From: Patescibacteria group bacterium
Lineage (GTDB): Bacteria; Patescibacteriota; Minisyncoccia; JAHIHE01; JAGLIN01
DNA: 64,000 nt
Reading direction: 5' to 3'
Assembly: GCA_019428855.1 (NCBI GenBank)
Contig: JAHYJV010000001.1
Coordinates: forward strand, 14,885-78,884
This document shows, piece by piece, positions 1-10,051 of the stretch. Below the pieces are notes generated by a model, which did not search any database, was not told where the DNA came from, and saw only the letters and a list, made by a program, of their open reading frames with translations. Positions within the stretch are counted from its first letter, which is position 1. Each line of letters begins with the position of its first letter. A program made the position numbers and the translations under genes.

Positions 1-90
1 ATTTAGCTTATTTTGCCTAATTTTTAGATATATCTTGTTCAATTATCGCTTAGAGGAAGATTTAATAGGAAGAGGACAGAGAAGAAAATC

Positions 91-112
91 CCCTCCTTAA
101 GTAAGGAGGGGC
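91..112. terminator. Perfect 10-bp-stem hairpin (CCCCTCCTTA / TAAGGAGGGG), terminator-like, flanked by a T-run on the minus strand
   Basis: Inverted repeat read directly; the orientation and the gene it serves cannot be determined from this window. Confidence 0.35.
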
Positions 113-252
113 AGGGGTTGTCGTGAATCAAACTTACAAAGAGAGGAACAATTGAAGAAAATCAGTAGGTCCTAATTTGCAAAAAATTGTAATTCGGGGG
201 CAGTTCTTGAAATAACGGACTGTTTCGTTTTGGCAAAAAACCTAGTTTTTAC

Positions 253-281
253 TTGAAATATCTGTTTTTTTAGTGTATACT
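253..281 (+). promoter_or_regulatory. Sigma70-like promoter upstream of gyrB (TTGAAA -17- TATACT)
   Basis: Near-consensus -35 hexamer, 17-bp spacer and -10 hexamer about 25 nt upstream of the gyrB ORF. Confidence 0.5.
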
Positions 282-304
282 AGTGGAGTGGTAATAAATG
301 ATAA

Positions 305-2365
<2,061 letters not shown>

Positions 2366-2410
2366 AAGAATTTAAAGAGGTTAAGCTTTTTAAATGAGTA
2401 ATACTGAAAA

Positions 2411-2530
2411 ATAAAAATGAAGAAGAAAAAAAATACTAGTTATTGGAACTGGCGGAAAGATAGCATCTGTGAAGACAAAAGAAGGATTGCGAGCAGCATA
2501 CAAAACTGATGAACTGATTGCATTTTTTCG
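2411..2530 (+). pseudogene. Remnant of an L-asparaginase/GatD-family N-terminus (..KKILVIGTGGKIASVKTKEGLRAAYKTDELIAFF..) with no start codon
   Basis: The reading frame follows a TGA directly and stops after about 38 codons. The TGG(T/K)IA nucleophile-loop motif is recognisable. It lies just left of the IS element. Confidence 0.25.
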
Positions 2531-2785
2531 GAAGTAAAAGAAATTGATAAGATTTCTGGGAAAATGTTTTTCAATCTTGATAGTACTAACATTCAACCAC
2601 ATCATTGGTCGAAGCTTGCCAAATAATAAAGATATGAAAAAATTGATGGTCGGGAATTTCGTTGGTGAAATAAAGTAATCTTTAATAATTTCATAAAAAA
2701 ACTTAAGCTTATGGGCTAAGTTTTTTTCAATTTAAATTTCTTGCTCTTAATTTATATGGCAAAATATGCTATCATACATATAATG

Positions 2786-2884
2786 TTATAAGAATGCGGG
2801 CAGTACCAAAGCAAGAATCATACTGAAAGCGATAATACTGATTGCAATAAATTTAATCGCTTCTTTTAATTTTTTCTTTTTCAT
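2786..2884 (-). CDS. Possible 32-aa hydrophobic peptide (MKKKKLKEAIKFIAISIIAFSMILALVLPAFL)
   Basis: ATG-to-TAA ORF below the ORF-track threshold with a single TM-like segment. Weak evidence. Confidence 0.2.
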   Translation of the reverse strand: MKKKKLKEAIKFIAISIIAFSMILALVLPAFL

Positions 2885-2973
2885 ATGGATGGTTAATAGT
2901 AATCGATAATAGAAATGATTTCTGCTTTAAGAATAACACTAATTTCTGATAAAGTCCATACTGCGTTATACCC

Positions 2974-4310
2974 CATAAATAATGTTACCGAAACAGGTAG
3001 TGGATAGCTCATAAATGGTGTTACCATAAGGTTATTAATTTTTAACCTAAAAACACCATGAAAACAACAGTAGAACCTTTTGAAAAATATAGGGAAGAAT
3101 ATTGGAAAGCGAACAAAAAGAGGAAGGGGGAAATTTTAAATGTGATGGCAGAATTGACTGCGATGCATAAGAAATCAATTATCCGTAAATTCAAGAAACT
3201 GCAATTCGCTGATCAGGCATCCAAAAAATCTATGCCTGTTAAACAGGGAAGGCCTTGCGTCTATAATTTTGAAATTATTTTTGCTTTAAAACAATTATGG
3301 GAATTGAGTTTAAAATTATGCGGAGAGTTGTTGCATCCGATGATTGGGGAATATTTGGAACAATACAAGCAAAATGGCGACTGGAAATACAGCGAAGAAA
3401 TTGACTCTAAATTATTGATGATGAGCGTTTCCACGATCAAGAGAAAAGTCAGTCAATCTTTTAAAGAAGACAAGAATTCTTTTCGCAAAGGAAAATCAAC
3501 AACAAAATCATCATCTATCAAAACAATTATTCCGATCAGAGACGCTTCTTGGTTTGACGCTAAAATCGGCGAAGGTCAATTAGACACCGTCGTCCATTGC
3601 GGAGACAGTTTGTGCAGAGATATGGCTTATACGCTTAATTACACTGATTTCAAGACTTATTGGATTGGACTGCGAGCACAAATGAATAAAGGACAAATCG
3701 CGACTCAGAAAAGTCTGTTTTACATTCAAGAAAGATTGCCATTTGATTTATTGGAAATACACCCTGACACAGGCAGCGAATTTATTAACTATCATTTGAA
3801 GAATTGCTGCAATGAAATCGGAGTTAAAATGACTCGCTCGCGTCCTAATCATAAAAATGATAATATGTGCGTAGAAGAAAGAAACGGACATATTATCAGG
3901 AAGAAGGTTGGTTACATCAGAATTGATTATCAGGAAGCAGTGAATGTTTTGAATGAGTATTATGAGAATCTCTGTCTGTTTCAAAACCATTTTATAGCCG
4001 TGAGAAGAACCAAAGATAAAGTTAGAATCGGTTCCCGTTATCAAAGAACATTTGAATCAGCCAAAACTCCTTATCAAAGAGTTGTGGAATCCAATGAAAT
4101 TTCTGACGATCAAAAGAAAAAATTAGAATGAATTCATAAAGCTCTTAATATATTTGAACTGCAAGAAAAAATGGATGAATTATTAGAAAAAGTTTGGATT
4201 ATTCAAAAGAAAAAAAGAGGCAAACTATATTAATTCTTCTGCTTGCTTTCGGTAACATACTTATGAATTACACATCTTAATTTCGGTAACATTTACTTAT
4301 GAGCTATAGC
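2974..4310 (+). mobile_element. Insertion sequence with a single DDE transposase and duplicated subterminal inverted repeats
   Basis: Left end carries CATAAATAATGTTACCGAAA (2974-2993) and ATAGCTCATAAATGGTGTTACC (3005-3026). The right end carries their reverse complements TTTCGGTAACATACTTATG (4247-4265) and TTTCGGTAACATTTACTTATGAGCTAT (4281-4307). Confidence 0.6.
3058..4131 (+). CDS. DDE (rve/integrase-core) transposase
   Basis: Catalytic triad candidates DTVVHCGD ... HPDTGSEF ... CVEERNGHIIRK (D-D-E), an N-terminal HTH-like segment, and flanking inverted repeats. Confidence 0.75.
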   Translation: MKTTVEPFEKYREEYWKANKKRKGEILNVMAELTAMHKKSIIRKFKKLQFADQASKKSMPVKQGRPCVYNFEIIFALKQLWELSLKLCGELLHPMIGEYLEQYKQNGDWKYSEEIDSKLLMMSVSTIKRKVSQSFKEDKNSFRKGKSTTKSSSIKTIIPIRDASWFDAKIGEGQLDTVVHCGDSLCRDMAYTLNYTDFKTYWIGLRAQMNKGQIATQKSLFYIQERLPFDLLEIHPDTGSEFINYHLKNCCNEIGVKMTRSRPNHKNDNMCVEERNGHIIRKKVGYIRIDYQEAVNVLNEYYENLCLFQNHFIAVRRTKDKVRIGSRYQRTFESAKTPYQRVVESNEISDDQKKKLE

Positions 4311-4383
4311 GTACTGTTATTATTATTTTTGGCAATTATCTAGTAGCTGTAATTGTCAAGAAAATAGAAATTTAAATAAATTT

Positions 4384-4791
4384 ATGATTATAAAAAAAAG
4401 AAAAAAAAATAAATCTGGAAAAATATTATCTTTTAAATTATTTTTGATTTTTAGTGTCGTTCTAGTTGTTTTTTTGAGTGTTGGCGTTGGAGAAGAATAT
4501 TATAGAGAATATCAAATTCAAAAAGAAATTAGTTCTTTGACAAATGAAATTGATTATTTTGAAAAGAATAATTATAAATTGTCGCAATTGATGGAATATT
4601 ACCAAACAAAGGAATATAAAGAGCTCGAAGCAAGAAAAAGATTGAATATGCAGAAGGAAGGGGAGAGTGTTGTGATAATATCACAATATGATACGAATTC
4701 GACAGAGTCAGCAGTGGAAAATGAAAATAAAATTGCGGAGATGGCGAATTATATAAAATGGTGGAACTATTTTTTCGCGACCAAGAAATAA
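4384..4791 (+). CDS. Septum formation initiator FtsB/DivIC-like protein
   Basis: N-terminal basic segment, one TM helix, then a coiled-coil (EISSLTNEIDYFEKNNYKLSQL...KELEARKRL). Size and architecture are typical of FtsB/DivIC. Confidence 0.55.
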   Translation: MIIKKRKKNKSGKILSFKLFLIFSVVLVVFLSVGVGEEYYREYQIQKEISSLTNEIDYFEKNNYKLSQLMEYYQTKEYKELEARKRLNMQKEGESVVIISQYDTNSTESAVENENKIAEMANYIKWWNYFFATKK

Positions 4792-4813
4792 ATTCTTTGG
4801 ATCATTTGTTTTT

Positions 4814-4884
4814 GCGGGTATCGTATATCGGTATTATGTGACCTTCCCAAGGTTAAGAGACGGGTTCGACTCCCGTTACCCGCT
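4814..4884 (+). tRNA. tRNA-Gly (anticodon CCC)
   Basis: Cloverleaf folded by hand: acceptor GCGGGTA/TACCCGC; anticodon stem TGACC/GGTTA with loop TTCCCAA; T-arm ACGGG-TTCGACT-CCCGT; discriminator U. Confidence 0.7.
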
Positions 4885-4953
4885 CAAAAGTATATTACTT
4901 TTTGAATTACGCAACGCAAAATATATTAATTAGTATATCTTAAAAAAATTACC

Positions 4954-5006
4954 GGAGTTCAGGTTTTAACCTGCAATCTAAAATTACAGAATAAAGTCTG
5001 AACTCC
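4954..5006 (+). other. Nested stem-loop (GGAGTTCAG[CAGGTT..AACCTG]...CTGAACTCC) downstream of tRNA-Gly
   Basis: 9-bp outer and 6-bp inner inverted repeats read directly. Function unknown. Confidence 0.3.
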
Positions 5007-5514
5007 AGATATTAGAGTTACATAATTCAATTGTGAACCAAAAAATTATAGTATTATTAGCAATAATTTTAATCGCCATTTTAGCGATAGCTATTATTGC
5101 TATGAAACAAAATCAATCTTAAAACGAAGGAACTAATAAACAGAAACTCCAACAGAAATTTTAGTTAATAAAATCTCAATATGAACGGGCAAAAGCAGAA
5201 GTATCCGATATTTTTCTTATAACAATAATTATGGCACCGAAATAAAACTCGCTTAAGGAAATATCTTAGTAGAAATTATGCAGACAGATCAGAATGTTGA
5301 ATGGAGTATTAAGTTATTTTTGTCATTGCGAGGAGCCGAAGAGACAAAGCAATCTCTCTCATGCATTTCTCATCTCTGTTATTGCGAGGAGTAGCAACGA
5401 TGAAGCAATCTATAGCTGTAACATAAGACTACTTCGCTATGAATACATAACTCGCAATAACAGAAGTATCGGCAGGGTTAATCAATAAAATAGTTAAAAA
5501 TTAAATTAAATAAT

Positions 5515-5991
5515 ATGGCGGGCAACAAACAAAGTATTAAATTTACAAAAGAACAATTTGAAGATTTATCAAAAATGGTATATCTCGGCAATTGGATGGC
5601 GAATGCTCATCGCGATGGTAGCACCGAAGATCTGCATATAGAAAAATACGAAAAAATTCAAGACTATATTTTTTCTTTGGCGCCGAAATTCGGGCTGGAA
5701 AAATATATGGATCACGAGGATTCCGATGGAGATAAATATTATCCGAGTAGATTTTTTGAGGAGGAAACGGATATAAATTTACTGCATGATGAATATGATG
5801 AAAACACTTTTTGGCAAGAATTGCCTAATCGATTGGGTGACAGGGATTTTTTTGAAAAATTTTCAAAAGCGGAAATTGAAGCAATGAGTGATAAAGAAAG
5901 ATTTATTAAACGATGCAGGCACAGTGAGACATATGAAGATGAACTGTCAAAAAATGGTATAGAAAGATTGCGGATTTTGAAAAAAGATTAA
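5515..5991 (+). CDS. Hypothetical acidic protein (158 aa)
   Basis: Clean ATG ORF with no recognisable motifs. It lies between tRNA-Gly and tRNA-Thr amid hairpin repeats. Confidence 0.5.
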   Translation: MAGNKQSIKFTKEQFEDLSKMVYLGNWMANAHRDGSTEDLHIEKYEKIQDYIFSLAPKFGLEKYMDHEDSDGDKYYPSRFFEEETDINLLHDEYDENTFWQELPNRLGDRDFFEKFSKAEIEAMSDKERFIKRCRHSETYEDELSKNGIERLRILKKD

Positions 5992-6261
5992 ATTTTTAGG
6001 GCCATAAAGACTTGTCGACAATAGTTATTTATTCAAACGAGCATGTCTTATCTCTTTTATCTTAAAAATAATTGGCGATGATACAAAGAGGAAATTTTTT
6101 ATTTGTTTTTAATTATCATGGTGAGTGTAATTTTTATGATTATTTAAATTTTATAAATACGGATTTGTCTAAACTGATTAAAGTGAGCTGGCTTGATGGA
6201 AAGAGTTTATAGATAACATCAAGTATGGCAAGGTAAACATCTGTAAGAATGATAAATAGTT

Positions 6262-6296
6262 GACCAAACGGTAAATAATATTGTATTATAAAAATG
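6262..6296 (+). promoter_or_regulatory. Promoter upstream of tRNA-Thr (TTGACC -16- TG-TATTAT extended -10)
   Basis: Consensus-like hexamers about 30 nt upstream of the tRNA. Confidence 0.4.
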
Positions 6297-6328
6297 CAAT
6301 GTTTTTTTGCTAAGCATATTTTATAAAG

Positions 6329-6401
6329 GCCACCCTAGCTCAGTTGGTAGAGCAACGCACCCGTAATGCGTAGGTCGCCAGTTCGAATCTGGCGGGTGGC
6401 T
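6329..6401 (+). tRNA. tRNA-Thr (anticodon CGT)
   Basis: Acceptor GCCACCC/GGGTGGC; D-arm GCTC-AGTTGGTA-GAGC; anticodon stem ACGCA/TGCGT with loop CCCGTAA; T-arm GCCAG-TTCGAAT-CTGGC. Position 33 appears to be C, which is unusual. Confidence 0.6.
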
Positions 6402-6686
6402 CCCAAATAACTTATAACGCCTAACTTATAACAATCATTTTTGTTATTCTGAAATTGTTTTAAGAATCTTTTATATTTAAAGTTCTGACTTATTCTATTT
6501 AACACTGATCGTCATTTAAGGCGTAAATTCAATTATCTTTTTGTACAACATAATAATTGTGTTTTAGTTTTAATAAAACATGCAAAGATTATGAATTAAA
6601 TTAGTGTAATAGCTGAAAAATCTTAAAAAAAGTTCAAGACGACAGTAATATTTTCCATTTCTAAAAAAATATGCTATTATGTATTT

Positions 6687-7797
6687 ATGAAAGAAACAGT
6701 TGAAAAAATTCAAGATTTAAAAAAGAGGGCCCTCCTGGTGAGGGAATGTCTTTGACTTGAATCGAAAGAAAGCGGAGATTGTTGGACTGGAAGCGGAAGT
6801 TAATGAGACTGGATTTTGGAGTGACACCAGGAAAGCAAAAAGGGTTATGCAGAAATTAGATAGTTATCGAGAAATAGTAGGTTTTTGGGATGATATTGAA
6901 AAAAGAATCGATGATTTAGAAGAGATTTTGAACATAATTGATGAAAAAAAAGATAAGGAAGTTCTTCGGGATGCAAAGGAAAGGCTTACTTTTTTGGAAA
7001 AAACATTTATAGAACACGAATTTGAGGCTTTGATGAGTGGTAAATATGACAGTGCGAGTGCAATTATGGCAATTCACAGCGGAGCAGGTGGGGTTGATGC
7101 ACAGGATTGGTCAGAAATGGTTTTGCGAATGTATTTGCGTTATGCAGAAAATCATAAATATAAAACATCTATAGTAAGTATATCAATAGGAGAAGAAGCT
7201 GGAATTAAGAGCGTGACATTTATAGTTACTGGGCCGTTTGCTTATGGACATTTGAAAAATGAAGCTGGGGTGCATAGATTAGTGAGACTCTCACCGTTTA
7301 ATTCTGATAATTTGCGTCAAACTTCATTTGCTCTAGTGGAAGTGTTGCCAGAAATTGAATCTGATGACGAAGTGAAGATTAATGATGATGATTTGAAAAT
7401 TAATACATTCCGGGCAAGTGGAGCAGGCGGTCAGCATGTCAATAAAACAGATTCAGCCGTTCGTATTACTCATCTTCCGACAAAGACAGTAGTAGAATGT
7501 CAAAACGAAAGAAGTCAGTCACAAAACAAGGAAAGTGCCATGCGAGTTTTGAAGGCAAAATTATATAAGTTACAACAAGAAAAAGAAGAAGCAGAAAAGA
7601 AAGAGCTGCGCGGAGAATATACTTCGGCAGAATGGGGAAATCAGATTAGGTCATATGTTCTTCATCCCTATAAACTTGTCAAAGACCACCGCACTGGAGT
7701 TGAAAATAAGGACACAGAAAAAGTTCTTGAGGGAGACATTAATCGATTTATAGAAGCGAGGCTGAAGGGGGTTGTGGAGAGAGGGGATAGGAAGTAG
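6687..7797 (+). CDS. prfB: Peptide chain release factor 2, including the 22-codon leader and a programmed +1 frameshift
   Basis: The main ORF (track 6757-7797) has GGQ (SGAGGQHVN) and SPF motifs. The upstream ATG at 6687 gives the leader MKETVEKIQDLKKRALLVRECL, which ends at CTT TGA C. Confidence 0.85.
6738..6757 (+). promoter_or_regulatory. RF2 +1 frameshift site: internal SD-like GGTGAGGG, then CTT-TGA-C
   Basis: This is the canonical autoregulatory recoding motif. By my hand count the register is uncertain by 1 nt. Confidence 0.6.
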
Positions 7798-8084
7798 GAT
7801 TTGTCATTACTTAAATACAAGATTATGGATTCATGGTCTCGCGGGATCTTGGATGGCTAAATAGAATTTTTATTTTATAGAGAAAAGATCCCGTTGTCAT
7901 TCCGTACGCAGAGAAAAGAAGTTGAGGAATAGCTCTTTTTTTCAGTTATCATATAAATACTAATTTTTAAACTGGTCATTACCGCGGAGCAAGAATGACA
8001 ATTAAAGTCTAGGGTTAATAAGAAAGCTGTAAATGACAATCTGAAATATAATAAATAACTTTATTAAAAACTAATTTTAAACAT

Positions 8085-8549
8085 ATGACAAAAAAAAATA
8101 TCAAGAAGGTAGAAAAAATGGAAATTAAGAAGGATATGCCACAGGACCACTACTATACAAATTCAACACAATTACCAGTTAATTATACTGATGATTTATT
8201 TGAAGCAGTTGATTTACAAAATCCTTTGCAAACAAAATATACAGGTGGAACTGTGATGCATGCTTTTTTAGGTGAAAGATTGCCAAGTGGAAAAGAAGCA
8301 AAGCTGTTGGTAAAAAAAATATTTGAAAAATCTCAAATGCCATATCTTTCTCTTACTCCAACTTTTAGTGTTTGCCCAAATCATGGTTATCTTTCTGGTG
8401 AACATTTCACTTGTCCAAAATGCCTAATTGAACAACCTTGCGAAGTTTATTCAAGAGTAGTGGGATATTTGCGTCCTGTTCAACAATGGAATAAGGGAAA
8501 AGTTTCCGAATATGCGAGAAGAAAAGTATTTAAGGCTAAAATAAAATAA
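8085..8549 (+). CDS. Stand-alone NrdD C-terminal domain protein (glycyl-radical loop + Zn ribbon), copy 1
   Basis: YYTNSTQLPVNY...YTGGTVMHAFLGE...LTPTFSVCPNHGY...CPKC...YSRVVGYLRPVQQWNKGKVSEYARRKVF matches the C-terminal ~150 aa of anaerobic ribonucleoside-triphosphate reductase, including the RVxGY glycyl-radical motif. Confidence 0.8.
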   Translation: MTKKNIKKVEKMEIKKDMPQDHYYTNSTQLPVNYTDDLFEAVDLQNPLQTKYTGGTVMHAFLGERLPSGKEAKLLVKKIFEKSQMPYLSLTPTFSVCPNHGYLSGEHFTCPKCLIEQPCEVYSRVVGYLRPVQQWNKGKVSEYARRKVFKAKIK

Positions 8550-8673
8550 GATTGTTCAAGATTAACATTACCGCGGAGCAAGAATGACAATTAAAGTCTA
8601 GGGTTAATAAGAAAGCTGTAAATGACAATCTGAAATATAATAAATAACTTTATTAAAAACTAATTTTAAACAT

Positions 8674-9138
8674 ATGACAAAAAAAAATATCAAGAAGGTA
8701 GAAAAAATGGAAATTAAGAAGGATATGCCACAGGACCACTACTATACAAATTCAACACAATTACCAGTTAATTATACTGATGATTTATTTGAAGCAGTTG
8801 ATTTACAAAATCCTTTGCAAACAAAATATACAGGTGGAACTGTGATGCATGCTTTTTTAGGTGAAAGATTGCCAAGTGGAAAAGAAGCAAAGCTGTTGGT
8901 AAAAAAAATATTTGAAAAATCTCAAATGCCATATCTTTCTCTTACTCCAACTTTTAGTGTTTGCCCAAATCATGGTTATCTTTCTGGTGAACATTTCACT
9001 TGTCCAAAATGCCTAATTGAACAACCTTGCGAAGTTTATTCAAGAGTAGTGGGATATTTGCGTCCTGTTCAACAATGGAATAAGGGAAAAGTTTCCGAAT
9101 ATGCGAGAAGAAAAGTATTTAAGGCTAAAATAAAATAA
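8674..9138 (+). CDS. Stand-alone NrdD C-terminal domain protein, copy 2 (identical)
   Basis: The translation is identical to the ORF at 8085-8549. Confidence 0.8.
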   Translation: MTKKNIKKVEKMEIKKDMPQDHYYTNSTQLPVNYTDDLFEAVDLQNPLQTKYTGGTVMHAFLGERLPSGKEAKLLVKKIFEKSQMPYLSLTPTFSVCPNHGYLSGEHFTCPKCLIEQPCEVYSRVVGYLRPVQQWNKGKVSEYARRKVFKAKIK

Positions 9139-9308
9139 GATTGTTCAAGATTAACATTACCGATCAGGAATTTCAATATTTTGTTTTCAAATGTCTCAGA
9201 GACCCTAGAGCCTCTAGAGACATTGAGGTGCAAAAATGTGAAGCTTGTTTTGAGTTTTGCTGAATGTTTGAAACAGCGATGATTAATGTATGTAATTAAT
9301 ATAATTAA

Positions 9309-10004
9309 ATGAACCAGATAATGATTGAATTCGAAAATGTATCAAAAATATATAATGAAAATAGCTTTGCCCTGAAAGATATTAATTTTCAGATTGTTAA
9401 AGGAGAATTTGTTTCAATCGTTGGTCAAAGTGGTGCGGGAAAATCTACACTTTTGAAAATGGTTTTTGCAGAGGAAAATCCGACAGAAGGAAATATTTTA
9501 ATTAAGGGCAGAAACATAAGCAAAATCAAGAGTAACAAAATGCCGGTTTTGAGAAGGCACATTGGTGTTGTTTTTCAGGATTTCAAATTGCTATATGGGA
9601 AAACAGTTTTTGAAAATGTTGCTTTTGCTATGGAGGTTTCTGGAAAAACGGACAAAGAAATTAGAGAAGATGTTCCTCAAGTCTTGGAAATTGTAGGATT
9701 AGCAAGCAAGGTTGATAGTTATATAGATGAACTATCTGGTGGAGAAAGACAGAGAGTCTCAATTGCTAGAGCGTTGGTTCACAGACCAGACATTATTATT
9801 GCGGATGAGCCGACTGGAAATCTTGACCTTGTTAATACTTGGGATATAGTGCAACTTTTGATGAAAATTAATCAATACGGAACTACTATCGTTTTGGCCA
9901 CACATAATAGGGAGATTGTAAATTTAATAAACAAAAGAGTAATTACGATTGAAAAAGGAAGAATATCAAGAGATCAACACGATAATGGAAAATATCTAAT
10001 ATAA
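9309..10004 (+). CDS. ftsE: Cell-division ABC ATPase FtsE
   Basis: Walker A GQSGAGKST, signature LSGGERQRVSIARAL, Walker [13 protein letters not shown]. It lies adjacent to ftsX. Confidence 0.85.
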   Translation: MNQIMIEFENVSKIYNENSFALKDINFQIVKGEFVSIVGQSGAGKSTLLKMVFAEENPTEGNILIKGRNISKIKSNKMPVLRRHIGVVFQDFKLLYGKTVFENVAFAMEVSGKTDKEIREDVPQVLEIVGLASKVDSYIDELSGGERQRVSIARALVHRPDIIIADEPTGNLDLVNTWDIVQLLMKINQYGTTIVLATHNREIVNLINKRVITIEKGRISRDQHDNGKYLI

Positions 10005-10051
10005 AAAAAGAAAATAAATTTAATAAATACAACTATAATTGAATTATCTCA

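Larger units (their letters stand above)
7979..9156 (+). repeat. Perfect tandem duplication, 2 x 589 bp, each unit carrying a complete 154-aa ORF
   Basis: Units begin at 7979 and 8568 and are identical as far as I can read. Junctions sit at the hairpin motif TTACCGCGGAGCAAGAATGAC, and a third partial copy of that motif follows at 9157. Confidence 0.9.

Noticed and set aside
2390-2605. Minus-strand 71-aa ORF in the gyrB-IS spacer
   Set aside because: AT-rich, hydrophobic junk-like translation with no RBS. The opposite strand carries the recognisable asparaginase-like remnant instead.
5294-5488. 64-aa plus-strand ORF
   Set aside because: It lies entirely within GTCATTGCG-type palindromic repeats (5325-5460). 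Its translation is dictated by the repeats, not by coding constraint.
6721-6781. A one-nucleotide register conflict between my hand translation of 6756-6781 and the track ORF start (6757) for prfB
   Set aside because: Most likely my counting error in a poly-A stretch. The leader frame, the CTT-TGA-C motif and the downstream RF2 frame are mutually consistent only with the track register, so I followed the track.
7979-9156. Possibility that the 589-bp direct repeats are a CRISPR array or rRNA/IS fragments
   Set aside because: There are only two long units, each containing a complete protein-coding ORF, with no short repeat-spacer periodicity. It is a tandem gene duplication.
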